From an uncultured Candidatus Saccharibacteria bacterium (lineage in GTDB: Bacteria > Patescibacteriota > Minisyncoccia > Sungbacterales > HO2-52-23): a stretch of DNA of 46,405 bases. Of the stretch, positions 42,801 through 46,405 are shown in pieces. The stretch covers positions 1 through 46,405 of the forward strand of contig CAYHZE010000002.1 of NCBI GenBank assembly GCA_964361015.1, given 5' to 3'. A model generated the notes under the pieces. The model had not been told where the DNA came from. It did not search any database and worked only from the letters and a program-made list of their open reading frames with translations. Within the stretch, counting starts at the first letter, position 1, and each line of letters begins with the position of its first letter. The position numbers and the translations under genes were made by a program.

Positions 42801-43479
42801 TCAAGATTGATTTTACCGTCACATCTCCGTCGCTTGCCGCGGTAAAGACTGCGTTCAATGCTGGTACCCGTGCGGCTACCGCAGGAGCAAGCGCGCCTTC
42901 AGCCGGCTGTGTTGATCCAGCTGCTACCGTCAAGCCAGAACCTGCGACTGGCGAAGTTGTAGGTGATGGGGTTTGAGATCCTGTCGGTGTCGGTGTTGAT
43001 GTCGGTGTTGATGGGACCGTACTCACAACCATGTCATACTTTGCGCGCGATATCGTACCAAAGTATCCTACTGCAGGCGATACACCATTTGCCGCCTGCC
43101 ATGCGGCTACTGCTGATTTTGTAATTCCACCAAAATATCCAGTTGAACCACCACTATAGGAGAAATGGCCCGTGGATTTTAAATAATCCTGAAGACATGT
43201 CACGTCATTACCCTTTGTACCCATCATAAGGGATCGAGTGAATGTGCATGCCCCGACTGTCATCGTTGATGACGATGAACTGCCGGAAAGTGCTGCTAAT
43301 TGTGCTTGGAGTGCTGCGATCTGCGCTTGCAATGCATCCATGGTAGCATCTGCCATTGCCGCAAACGGCAGAACTGCTGCTGCTCCAGAAAGGGTAACGG
43401 CAGTAACAATGGTGAACAACTTTGTTTTGAAGCTCACGCGACTGCCGTTTCCTGTTTTTTCATTAAATATCATACTCAT
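39850..43479 (-). CDS. Giant (1209 aa) secreted surface protein: signal peptide, coiled coil, PG_binding_1-like domain, Thr/Pro linker, then ~1000 aa of Thr/Ser/Val/Ala/Gly-rich beta modules (S-layer-like candidate)
   Basis: Signal peptide LFTIVTAVTLSGAAAVLPFAAMA. Coiled coil ALQAQIAALQAQLAAL. PG-binding-like GNDVTCLQDYLKSTGHFSYSGGSTGYFGGITKSAVAAWQAANGVSPAVGYFG. Linker PSTPTSTPTPTGSQTPSPTTSP. Recurrent V..F.F / L..F.F beta-strand patterns. Only a few Cys residues. Confidence 0.8.
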   Translation of the reverse strand: MSMIFNEKTGNGSRVSFKTKLFTIVTAVTLSGAAAVLPFAAMADATMDALQAQIAALQAQLAALSGSSSSSTMTVGACTFTRSLMMGTKGNDVTCLQDYLKSTGHFSYSGGSTGYFGGITKSAVAAWQAANGVSPAVGYFGTISRAKYDMVVSTVPSTPTSTPTPTGSQTPSPTTSPVAGSGLTVAAGSTQPAEGALAPAVAARVPALNAVFTAASDGDVTVKSILIQRVGQADDSAIDAVVLIDDTGTQIGLSKTLNALHQASLNEPVVIRAGTSKTLTIAFNRPAAGTNGGQIAKFQIVSVDAGTSKVTGAFPMIGPGVTINETLGIGTLASPARGVLDPGAARSSLQVGATAFYSTGARWTVGSAEAVSLEQVRFYQAGSAGSGDLTNVMVTVKGTDYATTLSADGKYYLAKFSPVLVFDKGAIIEIALKADVSGGSNRTIDFDIQRRTDIVVRGNVFNYAIIPANGSTANTTTQGEGFTSTEPYYDAYLHTISTGSLRIEKSNTVPAGNVSVDTSNTVVGAFGFEAKGEQVQISSLKFTFSEGINTTASRISGVSLVDAAGATVAGPKDTTTTVPSTVTFSDTFTVPVGYNVYKLVAKLSSNFADGTVVSASTTPGSDITAKGLITGLTLTPTPSTAVGGNSMTIRKASLKTSVSDSPVAQNVVRGVNGYLFSKIQYDATASGEDLRVTSQDIQIVTSASADADVLNTCQMFDGTTALNTGGNVVNPSGNAANDDVEGVFTFDNNLIIPKGTVKLVDVKCNIGQDATADATWSMGLVAASDTVVVGKDTGISVTEVATVSNGQIMTVRASGSFTVALDSASPSERFGIAGKADVGATIFKLSAVYEAVKLTKFGFSLASSTASTSDVVKVSFWDGATKVGEAVFTSGNFRATTTLTSDFIIPKDGDKVLSTTVDLISASSLGQVTTTGGDSGHLVVINWDGAALVTTEGIGQSSGSTLNTSGTDLANVKGIRVVKSYPTLERLAVPTNTLANGDMDLYRFKVTAPADGGIGLYRFTFRVSSTTVATTSSFRLFAYTDSGFSGQAYSTNPVNSQSVSCVNGWSLERVTTSDCNAFLNKAATSSHVIMFFDPVTNTQATPNAEAIQIPAGQSRYFKFVANITRSTTGDSFSAALVGDASFFPTLTTFGGSGIPRDSLSLASLVASSSFFVWSPNTTTTSATTTNDWLNGYLLPGLPTTEMSQQTFSK

Positions 43480-43722
43480 ACGTTTACATTCTTTCGTTAT
43501 AGAAAATGATATCAGTGGATCCCTGGGGAATCACTGCTTCATCCTCCATAACTACTCTAAGAAACCTTTCCCTGCATCCTATTGTTTTAGTATGTAAGGA
43601 GGGTTCCAACCAGAGGAACACTCATTTTTTATTATCCGTCGACACCGGATAATACTCAAGAGTGGTTAAATGAATAATTCTCAAACTGACGTGCTTACGC
43701 GGGGTCAAGTCTTGCTTTCAAT

Positions 43723-43808
43723 GTGTCTCACCATCACGAAATAATATATCTACATATATATAATATAAAATTATGTATGCAGATTATTTCCGCGCGATGG
43801 TGAGACAC
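43723..43808. promoter_or_regulatory. 16-nt inverted repeat enclosing a 54-nt AT-rich segment, in the long leader of the giant gene
   Basis: GTGTCTCACCATCACG (43723-43738) versus CGCGATGGTGAGACAC (43793-43808), 15/16 complementary. Confidence 0.4.
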
Positions 43809-44385
43809 AAAGAAGCATCGACCGGACATTGATCCTCCGATCTGACAAACAAAACAAAATACGAAATTCAAATTGATTCATCAAGCAGTCAAGGAATTAT
43901 GTATCTATTCCTACTACTTTTTTTAATTGTCAACGTCCTAGCCGCGTCTCTCGTTTTTCAATCGTTGCAATTCACATATCAATCAAGATTGTAACTCCAA
44001 TTAAGATTATACTCCAAACTGATATGTGATTACAAATTTACATACAAAACAGCCGAAATGTGGCCTCTTTTAAGAACCTAACAATACCATATACATACTC
44101 GTATCCTTATTATAGACGCAAGAAATACCTTCGCAAGTGCACACTTATCCACAGACCAAAAAGGATATACATATACGCCATCATTTGCACCCTTTTCTAT
44201 TTTTGCATTATAGCATGGGCTGGACATAAGTCTCTCCTCCATCGCAATGTGAACATTTCACTCTCTCAAAGGATGAAATATCTGCATATCCTTCCCTATT
44301 ATCAGACTTAAACTGTACTTCCTGATATATTACCTGTCAACTTGACTATTATTTAATAAATTGTAAAACGGAGTTTATCCAAAAC

Positions 44386-44434
44386 AGAAGCGAAGGACTC
44401 CCTTGCAATGACAAAGTGTTGCTCTCCAGTCTCA
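44386..44434. repeat. Half family B element with the common right terminus
   Basis: AGAAGCGAAGGACTCCCTTGCAATGAC followed by GCTCTCCAGTCTCA (44421-44434). Confidence 0.65.
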
Positions 44435-44447
44435 ACTTAATCATTCT

Positions 44448-45317
44448 CTATACATCGAGCCCCTTGAGATAACGTTTAAAACCCTTCCCCACTTCCGGGT
44501 GCTTGAGTGCGAATTGAACAATTGCCTGCAAAAAACCTAATTTATCTCCGCAATCATATCGGACACCCTCGTATTCATATCCATACATCTTGCCGCCTTC
44601 TTTAATATAGAGATCAAAAATATCAGTGGGAAACAGCTCGCCTCCCGGACCCGGCTTCATACGAGGAAGCATCTGAAAAAGCTCTGGCGTATAAATATAT
44701 TTTCCAATGCTTGCCAAATCGGATGGAGCTTTATTTATTTCGGGTTTTTCAACCAATTCAGTTATGTGGTATGTGCGAGGCGCAATTTTTTTTCCACCTA
44801 TAATCCCATATTTTGGTATTTCTGTTCTAGAAACTTTCTGTAGCGCAATCACCGGACTGTTGAACTTCTCATACATCATAATAAGCTGTTTAAGACAAGG
44901 TACTTTCGCATCAACAATATCATCTCCATAAAGAACGGCAATCGGTTCATCATGTCCGATAAGGTGACTTATCTGAAGAAGGGCGTGTCCCGGACCTTTT
45001 GGCTCTCCTTGCCGTACATAGGTAAAGCGGGCAAACGATGAAATTTCGCGAACTTTCTTTGCCAAGTCATGCTTCCCTCGGCTATTCAAAAAATGCTCAA
45101 GTTCGGTTGAGTAATCAAAATGATCTTCAATGGCCCTCTTACCTCTTCCGGTCACAAAAATAATTTCTTTAATTCCCGAAGCAACGGCTTCTTCCACAAG
45201 ATATTGAATGACCGGCTTGTCCACAATTGCCAACATTTCTTTTGGTTGTGCTTTTGTCGCGGGAAGAAATCGAGTACCGAATCCTCCTACGGGAATAACA
45301 ACTTTTTTTATTTTCAT
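44448..45317 (-). CDS. galU: UTP--glucose-1-phosphate uridylyltransferase
   Basis: KVVIPVGGFGTRFLPATKAQPKEMLAIVDKPVIQYLVEEA, VRQGEPKGPGHA and LYGDD. Start taken at the ATG at 45317 (MKIKKVVIP), since the longer ORF runs through an operator-like palindrome. Confidence 0.95.
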   Translation of the reverse strand: MKIKKVVIPVGGFGTRFLPATKAQPKEMLAIVDKPVIQYLVEEAVASGIKEIIFVTGRGKRAIEDHFDYSTELEHFLNSRGKHDLAKKVREISSFARFTYVRQGEPKGPGHALLQISHLIGHDEPIAVLYGDDIVDAKVPCLKQLIMMYEKFNSPVIALQKVSRTEIPKYGIIGGKKIAPRTYHITELVEKPEINKAPSDLASIGKYIYTPELFQMLPRMKPGPGGELFPTDIFDLYIKEGGKMYGYEYEGVRYDCGDKLGFLQAIVQFALKHPEVGKGFKRYLKGLDV

Positions 45318-45340
45318 TTTATAAAGGACATTTTGTAATT

Positions 45341-45370
45341 TAATGGACATTTTTAAAAAAATGTCCATTA
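45341..45370. promoter_or_regulatory. Near-perfect 30-bp palindrome upstream of galU (operator-like)
   Basis: TAATGGACATTTTT (45341-45354) / AAAAATGTCCATTA (45357-45370). Additional half-sites are GGACATTTT at 45326-45334 and AAAATGTC at 45380-45387. Confidence 0.45.
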
Positions 45371-45390
45371 AAAAATATAAAAATGTCTTA

Positions 45391-45519
45391 TAGACTTTGG
45401 ATTACGAAACGTATAAAAATGCCATTGTGAGCGCAAGCGTTGCAATCTTACATTCAAAGACTTTAGATTGCCGCGCCCCCAAAGCGGGGCTCGCAATTAC
45501 ATGTATTCTGGGAGTTTCA
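45391..45519. repeat. Degenerate family B fold-back element
   Basis: TAGACTTTGGATTACG at the left, then GCCATTGTGAGCGCAAGCGTTGCAATCT, AGATTGCCGCG, hairpin CCCC/aaag/CGGGG, CTCGCAATTAC, and ATTCTGGGAGTTTCA at the right. Confidence 0.7.
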
Positions 45520-45541
45520 TAATGCATAAGTTTTAGAGTAA

Positions 45542-46303
45542 TCAACGGCCGCGGGGGGAACTTTTAACAACCGAATAAATAGTCCATCGCTTCTCTCCTT
45601 CTTTTTTGAGAATCTCTTTGTCCACAAGATTCTGTAAATCCCTCTGAACCGTCTTGGAGCTCACGCCCTTCAATGACGTATAGAAATCACTGATTTTTCC
45701 CTGCCCAGACTTTGCCAGACGATCTATGATAATTTTTTGGCGCTCATTCAGGACATCATCTGTCTTCCTGTGAAACCCTCCATCCAATGGTCTAGTTTCC
45801 GAATTAATTTCCTTTTCTTTGTCTTCTCCTGTTTTATACAGCACGGAATCTTTGTATCTTCCCCCTTCTTTCCTTGATTTCAGGCCTTTTGCATCTTTTT
45901 TTACCCGTGGATAAGGAAAAGAAGCATACTCCGGATTGTTAATATCTTCGTGAACCGACTTGTTTCGCGCGTACTGCGCTCTTTCATCTTCTAAAAAATC
46001 CGCGATCACACCATATTCTTTTTCAAGAATAACGAAATTCACAGGGCGCACATACTCCAGCGTACGCGCGATTTTCAAGTACCCCTTCATGGTATCAATT
46101 TTCCCTGTCAAAAATTCAACGCCCGCGTTACGCTGCGTATCAGCGCCATGTTCGCTCACCCGCTGAAAAATCTCATTTGCTTTTGCCCGCAAATCGTTTC
46201 GTAGAATTTCCGATTTAGGGAAATAATCAGTCACGCGATACAGTGCGATAGTTACTTTGAGCGCATGTTCCCGCAGATGCGATGAAGATTGTAGATCAAA
46301 CAT
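45542..46303 (-). CDS. Fusion of an N-terminal four-helix-bundle (23S rRNA intervening-sequence protein / PF05635-like) domain with a C-terminal DeoR-type winged HTH
   Basis: The N-terminus MFDLQSSSHLREHALKVTIALYRVTDYFPKSEILRNDLRAKANEIFQRVSE resembles four-helix-bundle IVS proteins. The C-terminus ERQKIIIDRLAKSGQGKISDFYTSLKGVSSKTVQRDLQNLVDKEIL is DeoR-like. The ATG at 46303 is preferred over the TTG at 46342. Confidence 0.65.
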   Translation of the reverse strand: MFDLQSSSHLREHALKVTIALYRVTDYFPKSEILRNDLRAKANEIFQRVSEHGADTQRNAGVEFLTGKIDTMKGYLKIARTLEYVRPVNFVILEKEYGVIADFLEDERAQYARNKSVHEDINNPEYASFPYPRVKKDAKGLKSRKEGGRYKDSVLYKTGEDKEKEINSETRPLDGGFHRKTDDVLNERQKIIIDRLAKSGQGKISDFYTSLKGVSSKTVQRDLQNLVDKEILKKEGEKRWTIYSVVKSSPRGR

Positions 46304-46350
46304 TACTGCCAAGATATAAGAAAAATAAAATTTAGTCAACAACTAGTTTC

Positions 46351-46405
46351 CTTGCGGCTTGCGGCTTGCGGCTTGCGGCTTGCGGCTTGCGGCTTGCGGC
46401 TTGCG
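46351..46405. repeat. Heptanucleotide tandem repeat (CTTGCGG)n, 7 full copies plus a partial one, cut by the window end
   Basis: Perfect CTTGCGG units from 46351 to the last base. Lies about 48 nt upstream of the ATG at 46303. Confidence 0.95.

Noticed and set aside
39850-43479. Horizontal acquisition of the giant gene, inferred from its visibly higher GC content
   Set aside because: The amino-acid composition is dominated by Ala/Gly/Thr/Ser/Val, whose codons are GC-rich. There are no flanking mobility genes. I did not compute composition, so this remains untested rather than supported.
44060-44311. 83-aa plus-strand ORF in the long leader region
   Set aside because: It is Tyr/Ile/Lys/Arg-rich low-complexity sequence from AT-rich DNA, with no SD. 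It lies isolated on the opposite strand from all its neighbours.

Overview
46.4-kb, moderately AT-rich, tightly packed bacterial window. From about 8.4 kb to the end almost every gene is on the minus strand. The standard genetic code fits: long uninterrupted ORFs, and TGA is used as a stop.

Gene content is housekeeping plus cell envelope.
- Transport: a KimA-type K+ transporter, an aquaporin and an MFS transporter.
- Translation and RNA: TypA/BipA, Obg, an ABC-F ATPase, a DEAD-box helicase and a pseudouridine synthase.
- Other: two Nudix hydrolases, a CcdA plus thioredoxin (split DipZ) pair, a GH18 hydrolase and GalU.
- Envelope: a roughly 19-kb co-directional locus at 24390-43479. It holds three GH130-like domains in two genes, six GT4 glycosyltransferase domains in five genes, a CDP-paratose-epimerase-like SDR enzyme, a lamin-tail/PKD anchored protein, a TPR protein and two peptidoglycan-binding-domain surface proteins, one of 1209 aa.

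This repertoire suggests a small-genome, monoderm-like organism, plausibly Candidate Phyla Radiation/Patescibacteria. That placement is inference only.

I recognised no rRNA, tRNA, CRISPR array, cas gene, transposase, integrase, phage gene or known defence system.

The features that annotated genes do not explain are:
1. A dense population of nested fold-back (MITE/REP-like) repeats with shared TGAGACTGTAG...CTACAGTCTCA termini, at 14 annotated repeat segments including the window-edge fragment. One is a 450-bp nested palindrome, and one overlaps the 5' end of the GH18 ORF.
2. Two perfect long palindromes (44 and 60 bp), both centred on ACGATCGT.
3. A (CTTGCGG)n heptamer array running off the window end.
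4. A frameshift in an A8 tract of a P-loop kinase gene.
5. Unusual domain fusions: Ppx/GppA with a nucleoside-deoxyribosyltransferase-like domain, GT4 with GT4, a zinc ribbon with Nudix, and a four-helix bundle with a DeoR-type HTH.
6. A roughly 970-bp non-coding leader upstream of the giant surface-protein gene.

My best candidate for an undescribed system is the surface-layer-like protein plus dedicated glycosylation locus. This rests on domain recognition by eye and is not verified by any search.
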